Below are positions 42,580 through 50,970 of a stretch of 61,285 bases of DNA, piece by piece. The position numbers were made by a program, and so were the translations under genes. The notes beneath the pieces were generated by a model. The model made no database searches and was not told where the DNA came from. It was given only the letters and a program-made list of their open reading frames with translations. The stretch is from Myxococcota bacterium. Its GTDB lineage: Bacteria > Myxococcota_A > Polyangia > Polyangiales > Sandaracinaceae. The stretch is taken from NCBI GenBank assembly GCA_036149055.1, contig JAYZQJ010000254.1, positions 1 to 61,285 of the forward strand, written 5' to 3'. How positions within the stretch are numbered: position 1 is the first letter of the stretch; each line of letters starts with the position of its first letter.

Positions 42580-43695
42580 ATGGCGCTACCCATCAGCTTT
42601 TTCGAGAAGCTCCCGAAGACCGACCTCCACGTCCACCTCGACGGCTCGCTGCGGCTGGCCACCCTGATCGAGCTGGCGGAGGAGCAGGGCGTCGAGCTGC
42701 CGAGCACCGACCCGCTCGAGCTCCGCCGCAAGCTCCACCTGGGAGAGAACACCGGCTCGCTCGTCGAGTACCTCAAGGCGTTCGAGACCACGCTCAAGGT
42801 GCTGCAGACCGAGGACTCGCTCATCCGCGCGGCCCGCGAGCTCGCCGAGGACGCGGCGGCCGAGAACGTCCGCTACATGGAGGTCCGCTACGCCCCGATG
42901 CTGCACACGCGGCAGGGGCTCCGGCTCACGACCGTGGTCGAGGCGGTGCTCGAGGGCCTGTGGCAGGCGAAGGAGAGCCACGGCATCGAGTCCAACGTCA
43001 TCATCTGCGGCATCCGGAACATCTCGCCGGAGAGCTCGCTCGAGATGGCGCAGCTGGCCGTCGCCTACAAGGGCCGCGGCGTCGTCGCGTTCGACCTCGC
43101 GGGCGCCGAGTACGATCACCCGGCCAAGCACCACCTGCCCGCGTTCCAGCTCGTCCGGCAGAACAACATCAACGTCACGATCCACGCCGGCGAGGCCTAC
43201 GGCCCGGAGTCGATCCAGCAGGCGATCCACGACTGCGGCGCCCACCGCATCGGGCACGGCTGCCGCCTCCGCGAGGACGGCGACCTGCTCCACTACGTCA
43301 ACGACCACCGCATCGCGCTGGAGTGCTGCCCGAGCTCGAACGTGCAGACCGGCGCGGTCCGCGACCTGGCGAGCCACCCGATCAAGCTCTACCACGACCT
43401 CGGCCTGCGGGTGACGGTGAACACCGACAACCGCCTGATCACCGACACCACGGTCAGCAACGAGCTCTGGCTCACCCACACCCAGGTCGGCCTGAGCCTC
43501 GACGAGATCAAGCGCATCGTGCTCAACGGCTTCAAGGCCGCGTTCCTGCCCTTCCACGTGAAGCAGGCGTGGCTGCGCCGCGTGTCCAAGGAGCTGTCGC
43601 GCTTCCACGAGGACGGCGCCGTCGACGCGCCCGACACCGACAGCCACGAGCCGCTCCCGCGCGCGCCGGAGCCGGCCGACGAGGCGACCGTCTGA
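42580..43695 (+). CDS. add: Adenosine/adenine deaminase
   Basis: PKTDLHVHLDGS, HAGE, RIGHG, CPSSN, NTDN. Confidence 0.93.
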   Translation: MALPISFFEKLPKTDLHVHLDGSLRLATLIELAEEQGVELPSTDPLELRRKLHLGENTGSLVEYLKAFETTLKVLQTEDSLIRAARELAEDAAAENVRYMEVRYAPMLHTRQGLRLTTVVEAVLEGLWQAKESHGIESNVIICGIRNISPESSLEMAQLAVAYKGRGVVAFDLAGAEYDHPAKHHLPAFQLVRQNNINVTIHAGEAYGPESIQQAIHDCGAHRIGHGCRLREDGDLLHYVNDHRIALECCPSSNVQTGAVRDLASHPIKLYHDLGLRVTVNTDNRLITDTTVSNELWLTHTQVGLSLDEIKRIVLNGFKAAFLPFHVKQAWLRRVSKELSRFHEDGAVDAPDTDSHEPLPRAPEPADEATV

Positions 43696-44408
43696 CGCGG
43701 CTGTTCGACACCCACTGTCACCTCGACTTCGACGCCCTGCGCGAGGACCTCGACGGCGTCGCCCGCCGCGCGCGGGAGGCGGGCGTCGAGCGCGTCCTCG
43801 TCCCGGGCGTGCGCGGCGCCCCCGAGGCGCCCTCGCTCCCCGGCCTCCAGGTCAGCCGCGCCGCGGGCGTGCATCCGATGGCCGCCCACGAGCCCCTCGA
43901 CCTCGACGCCCTCGCGTCGTCGCTCGAGGGCGCGGTCGCGGTGGGCGAGCTCGGCTGGGACGCGCACGTCGAGGCGTCCACCGAGACGCAGGACCGGGTC
44001 GCCGACGCCCAGCTCGCGCTGGCCGCCGAGCGCGGCCTGCCGGTCATCCTCCACGTGGTCGGCCTCCACGGCCACGCGCTCGAGCGCCTCGCCCGCCACC
44101 GCCCAATGCGCGGCGTCGTCCACGCCTACAGCGGCTCGGCGGAGCTCGTGCAGCGCTACGTCTCGCTCGGCCTGCACGTCTCCATCGGCCCGAGCGTGCT
44201 CCGCGAGGGCGCGCGCAAGCCCCTCGAGGCCGCGCGCGCGGTCCCCGCCGACCGCCTCCTGCTCGAGACCGACGCCCCCGATCAGATCGCCGAGCCCGCC
44301 GACGTCCTCCGCGTGGCCGAGGCGGTCGCCGACGCCCGCGGCGAGCCCCTGGAGGTGGTCGCCGAGAGGGCGCTGGAGGCCGGTCTGTCCGTGTTCGGAC
44401 TACGCTGA
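43692..44408 (+). CDS. tatD: TatD family DNase
   Basis: FDTHCHLD, GVHP, VGELGWD, VILH, VVHAYSG, LLETDAPD; apparent CTG start overlapping the add stop. Confidence 0.88.
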   Translation: MTRLFDTHCHLDFDALREDLDGVARRAREAGVERVLVPGVRGAPEAPSLPGLQVSRAAGVHPMAAHEPLDLDALASSLEGAVAVGELGWDAHVEASTETQDRVADAQLALAAERGLPVILHVVGLHGHALERLARHRPMRGVVHAYSGSAELVQRYVSLGLHVSIGPSVLREGARKPLEAARAVPADRLLLETDAPDQIAEPADVLRVAEAVADARGEPLEVVAERALEAGLSVFGLR

Positions 44409-44525
44409 GGGTTGGAAGCGCCCCGCGATGGCGGTACCCTCTCCGTGGTCGCGGAGGTGGGTTCGCCTGCCGATGAGGGAGTCGGACGACGGCTCTCCAG
44501 CGGGGGATGAGGGGTCGCGACCGCC

Positions 44526-45572
44526 ATGACCGACTCCGCTGGAACGTTGTCCGCGCGATACGACGCGAAGATGTACGAGGTGAGGGCGCTGCGATTCGCG
44601 CGCCGGCGTCTCGGGCGGCCGCTCGAGGTCAACGTCCGACTCCCGGTGCACGGCGTGCCGTATGCGCAGCGGCCGGAGCTGGATGGCGCGTTCAGCGAGG
44701 GCGCTCGGCGCTACCTCGTGGAGGTGAAGGCGCACGCGCTCGATGGCGACGCGGTCGCCAGACAGGAGACGCGGGCTCGGGACCTGGGGTTCGACGCGCT
44801 CGTGCTGATCGCGCCCGGCTTTCGACAGCCCGCGCGAGCGTCGTCCACGACCGCGCTCTGGGCCTTCGAGCCCGACCTCGAGCCCCTCGAGCGGGCCTAC
44901 GCGCGGCCGCTCTCGATCCCGAGCGCGGTGGTGCGGTGGTGGCGCCCGGGAGGGGTCCACTTCCGGTTCACGCTCGCCCGCCGCGGCGGCGCCACGTCCG
45001 CGCGCCGGACGCTGAACCAGGTCGACAAGGGGATCCGGACACGCGAGGCGTTGCGCCGGGAGATCGCGAGGCTGGCCCCGCGCCACGTGCCCGCCTTCGT
45101 GATGTGGTCGCCGACGCGGCTGCTGTTCCCGAAGGACGCCTTCGATCGGCGGAGGCCCAAGCACGTGCGGGAGCGTCCCCTGGTCTTCGACGTGGACGGG
45201 CACGCCATCCATCGCGCCTTCTTCCCGTGCGTCCTCGGAGACGACGGCCTCTGCGCGGACTGCATCGGCTTCGCCCGGGTGCACGCGCGGCGGATCGTCG
45301 CCTGTCTCAGCGCCCACGGGCTCTCGCCCGAGGTGTTCTTCAGCGGGCGGAGCGGCTTCCACGTCTACGCCTTCGCCCGGATCGAGGACGAACGGCGCGC
45401 CGCGATCCTGCGCGACCTGACGCTCGCGCGCGTGATCCACGATGGCGTGATCGCCCACACCCGGGTCCCCATCATCAACCTGCCCGGCTCCCGTCACGGC
45501 GGCACGGGGCTCGAGCTGGCGCGCGTCGAATCGCTCGAGCGCTTCCGGCCCTCCCCGGCGGAGACCGCGTGA
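44526..45572 (+). CDS. PD-(D/E)xK nuclease-like domain fused to archaeo-eukaryotic primase (PriS-like)
   Basis: N-terminal ELDG...LVEVK; C-terminal LVFDVD, C-x7-CxxC zinc segment, FSGRSGFHVY, HDGV...IINLPGSRH. Confidence 0.75.
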   Translation: MTDSAGTLSARYDAKMYEVRALRFARRRLGRPLEVNVRLPVHGVPYAQRPELDGAFSEGARRYLVEVKAHALDGDAVARQETRARDLGFDALVLIAPGFRQPARASSTTALWAFEPDLEPLERAYARPLSIPSAVVRWWRPGGVHFRFTLARRGGATSARRTLNQVDKGIRTREALRREIARLAPRHVPAFVMWSPTRLLFPKDAFDRRRPKHVRERPLVFDVDGHAIHRAFFPCVLGDDGLCADCIGFARVHARRIVACLSAHGLSPEVFFSGRSGFHVYAFARIEDERRAAILRDLTLARVIHDGVIAHTRVPIINLPGSRHGGTGLELARVESLERFRPSPAETA

Positions 45573-46462
45573 GGGATCGGCTGCGACGCAGGATCCTGCG
45601 GGCCGCTTCGACGCCCCGCTCGCTCCGCCAGATCGCGACCGCCGAGCTGCTCCGGCTCGACCACGCCGAGGTCCTGGTGCGTGAGCTGCTCGCGGAGGGC
45701 AGCCTCGTCGAGCGCGCGGACGGCTTCGCGGCCGCGCAGCCTGGGCCTACCCGCCCCGATCGCGCGGCGCTCGAGGAGCGCGCGAGGCACGTCATCGGTC
45801 GCCGCCCCGCTCCGGACCCCGCGCTGGACCAGGTCCACCTCGAGGCGCCGTCCCTCGTGCGCCGGGCCGAGTGGCTGCTGCACACCGAGGACGCGCCCGA
45901 GCGCGACGTGCTCTTCCTCGGTGACGACGACTTCACCTCGCTCCTGGTGGCGGGCTGGGGGCCGGGCCGGGTGGTCGTGGCGGACATCGACCGGCGCGTG
46001 CTCGACGAGGTCGGCGCGCTCGCCGAGGAGCTCGGCGTCGAGGTGGAGCGCGTCCAGCTCGACCTGCGCGAGGCCCGCGGCGGCCTCCCTCCCGAGATCG
46101 CGCGGGTGATGGACCTCGTGGTGACCGATCCGCCGTACACCGAGGCGGGGGCGCTCTGGTTCACCGCGTGCGCGTCCGCCGCGCTGCGTCCGCGGCTCGA
46201 GAGCACCCTGGCCATCGCAGTCCCCTGGCTCGTCCGGGAGCACTGGTCCGACGAGCTGCTCGCGGCCGTGCAGGCTTGGTTGCTGCGGCGAGGCTTCGTG
46301 CTCACGGACGTGCTGAGGAGCTTCGGGCGGTACCACTCCGACGACGCGATCCAGTCCTCGCTCGTGGTGGCTCGTCAGGCCGCGCTCGACGCGACGTCCG
46401 ATCCCTTCGAGGGGCTGGACCCCGCGCGGCTCTACACCCGCGCGGCGAGGGGGACGCCGTGA
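45569..46462 (+). CDS. BpsA/DUF43-like aminopropyltransferase (branched-chain polyamine synthase family)
   Basis: RRPAPDPALDQ, FLGDDDFTS, ADIDRR, DLR, TDPPYT; N-terminal wHTH-like segment; GTGA overlap. Confidence 0.8.
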   Translation: MRDRLRRRILRAASTPRSLRQIATAELLRLDHAEVLVRELLAEGSLVERADGFAAAQPGPTRPDRAALEERARHVIGRRPAPDPALDQVHLEAPSLVRRAEWLLHTEDAPERDVLFLGDDDFTSLLVAGWGPGRVVVADIDRRVLDEVGALAEELGVEVERVQLDLREARGGLPPEIARVMDLVVTDPPYTEAGALWFTACASAALRPRLESTLAIAVPWLVREHWSDELLAAVQAWLLRRGFVLTDVLRSFGRYHSDDAIQSSLVVARQAALDATSDPFEGLDPARLYTRAARGTP

Positions 46463-47034
46463 GCGCCGTCGAAGCGCTGCTGGGCCTCGCGCTGGAGGAG
46501 CGCGCCCTCGCGCGGGGGACCCAGGAGGTGATGCGAGCCCTCGAACGCGGCCGTGCGACGATCGTGGTCCACGCGTCCGACGCTCCGTCCGATCTGGTCG
46601 ACCTGATCACGCGCGAGGCGCTGCAGCGGGAGGTCCCGCTCGTGCGGGGGCCCGACCGCGAACGGCTCGGCGCCCTCGCGGGGATCCAGCGGCCCGCGAC
46701 CGTCGTGTCCGTCGGCCGGTTGAAGCAGCGTCGCCGGCTCGCCGAGCTGCTCGGGGCGGCGGAGCCGGACGCGCTGCGGACCCTCGCGGGCCTCCAGCGG
46801 CACCTCCCGCTCGGTGAGGCGAGTCGCGACACCCGGCTCGCCAGAATGAAGAAACACCACGCCGCTCTGGTGGACGGTGAAGACGCCGCCGCGGCGCTTG
46901 GCGCGCTCCTCCAGGAGACGATCGCGCTCGCCAACGCTCACGGTGTCGACCTCCAGGCGGCGCTCGACCGAAGATGGCTCTCGGTGCGGTTCGTGCACGG
47001 CGACAACGGTGATGACCCCGAGGACGAGCGCTGA
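46459..47034 (+). CDS. L7Ae/L30e RNA-binding domain fused to degenerate MazG-like helical domain
   Basis: RGTQEVMRALERGRATIVVHASD...LGALAGI; C-terminal IALANAHGVDLQAAL; GTGA overlap. Confidence 0.7.
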   Translation: MSAVEALLGLALEERALARGTQEVMRALERGRATIVVHASDAPSDLVDLITREALQREVPLVRGPDRERLGALAGIQRPATVVSVGRLKQRRRLAELLGAAEPDALRTLAGLQRHLPLGEASRDTRLARMKKHHAALVDGEDAAAALGALLQETIALANAHGVDLQAALDRRWLSVRFVHGDNGDDPEDER

Positions 47035-48388
47035 GCTGGGGCGCGATCCTCACGCCGCCTCCTGGGCTCGCGTGGTCGCAGCGTACGGGCGGGCGGCCTC
47101 CTACTGGGCGCCCCAGATCCTCCTCCATCATCGGCTCCCGCGGGCCGTGGTGAAGCGCCTCGCCTGGGCGCGGCTGGTGCGGGCGATCCATCACGCGCGG
47201 CGCGCGGTCCCGTTCTATCGCGCGCGATATGACGGGCTCGCCACGCCTCGCGACCGAGCCGACCTCGCGGCGTATCCCCTCCTCTCCAAGGCCGATCTGC
47301 GGGAGGCGGGCGACTCCCTGCTGCGCGACGGGGCCCCGTCCCGCGACCGGCTGTCCGAGCGCAGCAGCAGCGGCTCCAGCGGGAGACCGGTCCGCGTCCT
47401 GTTCGACCCGCTGGCCGAGCTGCCCCGCCGTCTGCAGGAGCTGCGCCTCCTGAGCGCGCACGGCTTCCGTTTGACCGATCGGCAGGTGATCTTCGACGCG
47501 CCGTCGCACATGCCGCCTCGCCCGTTTCTGTTGCAGCGGCTCGGGCTCTGGAGACGCGACCCCTTTCCCTGGGAGAGGCCTCTGGCGGAGAGCCTGCGCT
47601 GGCTCGAGGGGGAGAGGGTCGAGGTGCTGCATGGTGTGTTGTCGAGCATCCGCATGCTGGCGCTCAGCGTGCGCAAGCGAGGCGGGCTCGCCTACCGGCC
47701 CAAGCTGGTCGTGACGAAGGGCGAGCTCCTCGACCCGGGGACGCGACGACTCGTGGAGGACACGTTCGGCTGTCCGCTGGTCGACTACTACGCGACCGAG
47801 GAGGTCGGGATCATCGCCTGGCAGGAGCCGGGCGCGCAGTCCTACCTCGTCGACGAGGATCTGGTCTTCGTCGAGATCGTCGACGAGCGCGGCCAGCCCG
47901 TACCGGACGGCCAGGTGGGCGAGATCGTGGTCTCGAACCTCTATCAGAGGACCATGCCCATCCTGCGCTACCGCACCGGGGATCTCGGGCGCCTCTCGCC
48001 GGAGCGCACGCCCTGGGGGCTCCCCCGGCTGGAGGAGCTGCGTGGGCGGCGCATCGACTGTCTCGTCACGCCGGACGGGCGCGTACGGCACCCGTTCACG
48101 CTGATGGCGGCGCTGGAGGACGTGCCCGAGATCGAGGCGTTCCGGTTGGAGCAGACCGCCGTCGACGAGCTCACGGCGTGGGTTCGCTGGGAGCCCGCCG
48201 GTCGAGAGCCTCCGGCGGCGCGCGTCGTGGAGCGCCTGAGCGCGGTGCTCGGGGACGGGATGCAGGTCCGCGTGCGCTCGATGCCGGAGGACGAACGGTT
48301 CGAGCCGGGGAAGAGCCACCTCGTGAAGGTCTTGCCCGAGCGATCGGTGGACGCGCTTCGGCTGGGAGACCTCGAGATCGAGCTCTGA
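47012..48388 (+). CDS. Adenylate-forming ligase, PaaK/CapK/F390-synthetase family
   Basis: VPFYR, SSSGSSG P-loop, YYATEEVG, MPILRYRTGDLG, LRGRR. Confidence 0.85.
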   Translation: MTPRTSAELGRDPHAASWARVVAAYGRAASYWAPQILLHHRLPRAVVKRLAWARLVRAIHHARRAVPFYRARYDGLATPRDRADLAAYPLLSKADLREAGDSLLRDGAPSRDRLSERSSSGSSGRPVRVLFDPLAELPRRLQELRLLSAHGFRLTDRQVIFDAPSHMPPRPFLLQRLGLWRRDPFPWERPLAESLRWLEGERVEVLHGVLSSIRMLALSVRKRGGLAYRPKLVVTKGELLDPGTRRLVEDTFGCPLVDYYATEEVGIIAWQEPGAQSYLVDEDLVFVEIVDERGQPVPDGQVGEIVVSNLYQRTMPILRYRTGDLGRLSPERTPWGLPRLEELRGRRIDCLVTPDGRVRHPFTLMAALEDVPEIEAFRLEQTAVDELTAWVRWEPAGREPPAARVVERLSAVLGDGMQVRVRSMPEDERFEPGKSHLVKVLPERSVDALRLGDLEIEL

Positions 48389-48408
48389 GCAGCGCGCGCG
48401 ACGCAGCC

Positions 48409-49467
48409 TCAGAGATCGGCCTCGTGGGCCTTGTGGTCTGCGCCGAGGCCGAGGCGCCTGGCGATCCGCTGTCGGACGCGCCAGTAGGCGCGGAACGCGG
48501 GGGACGCGCCGGGGAGCCAGACCTCGGTCATGCGCTCGCGCAGGAAGGCGTCGGCGCGAACGGGGCGGAGCCGAGGGCGCCCTCGGACGAGAGCGGCGGG
48601 CGGCGCGAGGAGCACGTCGGGGCGGGCGTTGGCGAAGAAGACCACGGCGTAGCGATCCGCGCGCTTCGCCTCGTCCGGCGTGGCCACCCGGTGCAGGCTC
48701 CCGGGGATCGCGAGGTCCGTGAGGCGCTCCATCATGTCGGCGACCGTGACCACCATGGCCTCGTCGAAGCCGCGCAGCGCCTGCCACTGTCCGTCGCGGG
48801 TGCAGACCTCGAGGCCCGGCGCGGTCGCGGGAGGGAGCACGCCGAAGAGCCCCGCGCCGGTGTGCTCGACGGCCCGCGCCTGCCCCGCGTCGATCGGGCC
48901 GGACAGCGCCGGGTAGCGAATCAGCCGGAGCGTGTGCGCGCCGCCGCGCGCGAGGTCCGCGAACGTGCCAGCCGGCAGCTCCAGCGTCTCCGCGAGGATC
49001 TGGGCGATCGTGTCGGCGCAGCGCTCGAAGCGCCGAAAGGCGGCCTCGAGGACCGCGCGGTGGGGATCGAACCCGGGCGGCCACGGGTTGTCGGGCTCGT
49101 AGAACGACCGCAGCGCGCGGGGGGTGTCGGCGGGGGCGGAGCGCCCGAGATGCCAGAGCTCCTTCAGGTCCGGACGTCGCCCGCGCAGCGCGCGCTCGAT
49201 GCCGTAGGGCATGTGACCGCGAGGGCCCGCGGCGCACGCGCGCTTCTGCTCGGCGGGGAGGGCGAAGAGGGCGCGACTCGCCTCGTCGATGCGGGCGCGC
49301 GTCGCCGCGTTCAGGCCGTCGTCGTCGACGGCGAGGAAGTTGAACCGCTCCAGGCTTCGCTTCGCCGTCGCCACCACGGCCCTGCGCGCGCGGCTGTTGC
49401 CGGAGCGGTACGCGTCGAGGTCGAGGCGGGGCACGTCGCCCTGCGACACGATCCTGAGGCTCCCCAT
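48409..49467 (-). CDS. IPNS-family Fe(II)/2-oxoglutarate oxygenase with H-x-G motif (candidate halogenase)
   Basis: DIOX_N (LFALPAEQK, DLKE, PDNPWP), LRLIRYP, EHTGAG, GLEV, HRV, RYAVVFF. Confidence 0.85.
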   Translation of the reverse strand: MGSLRIVSQGDVPRLDLDAYRSGNSRARRAVVATAKRSLERFNFLAVDDDGLNAATRARIDEASRALFALPAEQKRACAAGPRGHMPYGIERALRGRRPDLKELWHLGRSAPADTPRALRSFYEPDNPWPPGFDPHRAVLEAAFRRFERCADTIAQILAETLELPAGTFADLARGGAHTLRLIRYPALSGPIDAGQARAVEHTGAGLFGVLPPATAPGLEVCTRDGQWQALRGFDEAMVVTVADMMERLTDLAIPGSLHRVATPDEAKRADRYAVVFFANARPDVLLAPPAALVRGRPRLRPVRADAFLRERMTEVWLPGASPAFRAYWRVRQRIARRLGLGADHKAHEADL

Positions 49468-49516
49468 GCCGAAGCATGTCTCGCCTTCGCGGCGCGATCA
49501 CCTGTAGAGTCGAGTC

Positions 49517-50233
49517 GTGGAGCGCGCTGGCTCGGTCCTGGCCTTCGACGCCGACGACACCCTCTGGCACGACCTGCCGCGCTACCTCGGACTCGAGGCG
49601 CGCTTCGCCGAGCTCCTCGCCGAGCACGGTGAGCCCGACGCGCTGCGCGCCCGGCTGGACGAGATCGAGATCCGGAACCTCGAGCGGTACGGGTACGGCC
49701 CGAAGGGGTTCCTGCTCTCGATGATCGAGACCGCCATCGAGGTCAGCGACGGTGCGATCGACGGGCACGCGATCCGTCGGATCCTCGAGTGGGCCGAGGT
49801 GCTGACCGAGCAGCCGGTCGAGCTCCTGCCGGGGGTCGCGGAGACGCTCTCGGCGCTGTCGGAGCGCCATCGACTGTGGCTCGTCACCAAAGGCGACCTC
49901 TTCGACCAGGAGGCGAAGATCGCCTCGAGCGGGCTCGCGGATCTCTTCGAGCACATCGAGATCGTCAGCCAGAAGGACGTCGACGTGTACCGAACGATCC
50001 TCACCCGGCGCGGCGTGGCGGTCGAGGACTGGGTGATGATCGGCAACTCGATCCGCTCGGACGTGCTCCCCGCTCTGGCGCTGGGCGCCCGCGCCGTGCA
50101 CGTGCCGCATGACGAGAGCTGGCATCACGAGGAGGCGTCCATCGACGCGGCGTCGTCGGAGCGCCTGCTCCGCGTCGGTGACGTGAAAGATCTGTTGTCC
50201 GCGGAGGTTGGCCGTTGGTTGAGCGAGAAGTGA
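49517..50233 (+). CDS. HAD-superfamily hydrolase (nucleotidase-like)
   Basis: FDADDTLW, VTKGD, MIGNSIRSDV. Confidence 0.9.
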   Translation: MERAGSVLAFDADDTLWHDLPRYLGLEARFAELLAEHGEPDALRARLDEIEIRNLERYGYGPKGFLLSMIETAIEVSDGAIDGHAIRRILEWAEVLTEQPVELLPGVAETLSALSERHRLWLVTKGDLFDQEAKIASSGLADLFEHIEIVSQKDVDVYRTILTRRGVAVEDWVMIGNSIRSDVLPALALGARAVHVPHDESWHHEEASIDAASSERLLRVGDVKDLLSAEVGRWLSEK

Positions 50234-50970
50234 GCGTCGTCCTGTCGGGGTCCTTTCGGAAGCACCTCGCCGAGATTCACCGGTGCATCCGTGCGTTCGA
50301 CGAGCTGGGGGTGCGCGTCGTCGCGCCTCGGCTCGCCACCGCGAAGAACCCCGGCGAGGAGTTCGTGATCCTCGACGGAGACGAGACGGACGATCCGCGC
50401 ACGCTCGAGCAGGCGCACCTGGACGCGATCTCCGAGGCGGACGCGCTCTTCCTGGTCAGCGTGGACGGCTACGTCGGCGCGTCCGCGTCGCTCGAGGTCG
50501 GCTGGGCGCTCTCGCGAGGAAAGAGGGTGTTCGCGCTCGAGGCGCCGAAGGACGTCACGCTGCGCGCCTTCGTGGAGGCGGTGGGCGAGCCGGCCGAGAT
50601 CGCCCTGGCCCTCCGCGCCGCCACCGAGCCTGCCCTCGACGCGTTGGGCCCCGGCGCCTCGCTCGCGCAGGTGCAGGCGACGTCACACGCGCTCGTGGTG
50701 AAGCGCGGCTTCGACGACGAGACCCCGATGGAGATCGTGCTCCTCATGGTCGAGGAGGTCGGCGAGCTGGCCAAGGCGGTGCGCAAGGAGGTGGGGCTGA
50801 AGGTGGACGCCGCCAAGCTCGACGAGATCCCTCGGATCCGCACCGAGCTCGCCGACGTGTTCATCTACCTCCTCCACCTCGCCGACCGATGTCACGTGGA
50901 TCTGTTCGAGGCCTGGATCGAGAAGGAGCGGCTCAACGAGACGCGGTTCTTCGAGCGCGCCGGCTCATGA
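50230..50970 (+). CDS. Nucleoside 2-deoxyribosyltransferase-like domain fused to MazG (RS21-C6/dCTPase-like) pyrophosphatase
   Basis: LSGSFR...ISEADAL...GYVGASASLEVGWA; EEVGELAKAVRK...ELADVFIYL; GTGA overlap. Confidence 0.8.
   Translation: MSVVLSGSFRKHLAEIHRCIRAFDELGVRVVAPRLATAKNPGEEFVILDGDETDDPRTLEQAHLDAISEADALFLVSVDGYVGASASLEVGWALSRGKRVFALEAPKDVTLRAFVEAVGEPAEIALALRAATEPALDALGPGASLAQVQATSHALVVKRGFDDETPMEIVLLMVEEVGELAKAVRKEVGLKVDAAKLDEIPRIRTELADVFIYLLHLADRCHVDLFEAWIEKERLNETRFFERAGS

Noticed and set aside
44526..45572. Prophage/plasmid replication primase or NHEJ LigD
   Set aside because: No helicase, integrase, structural genes, Ku or ligase domain
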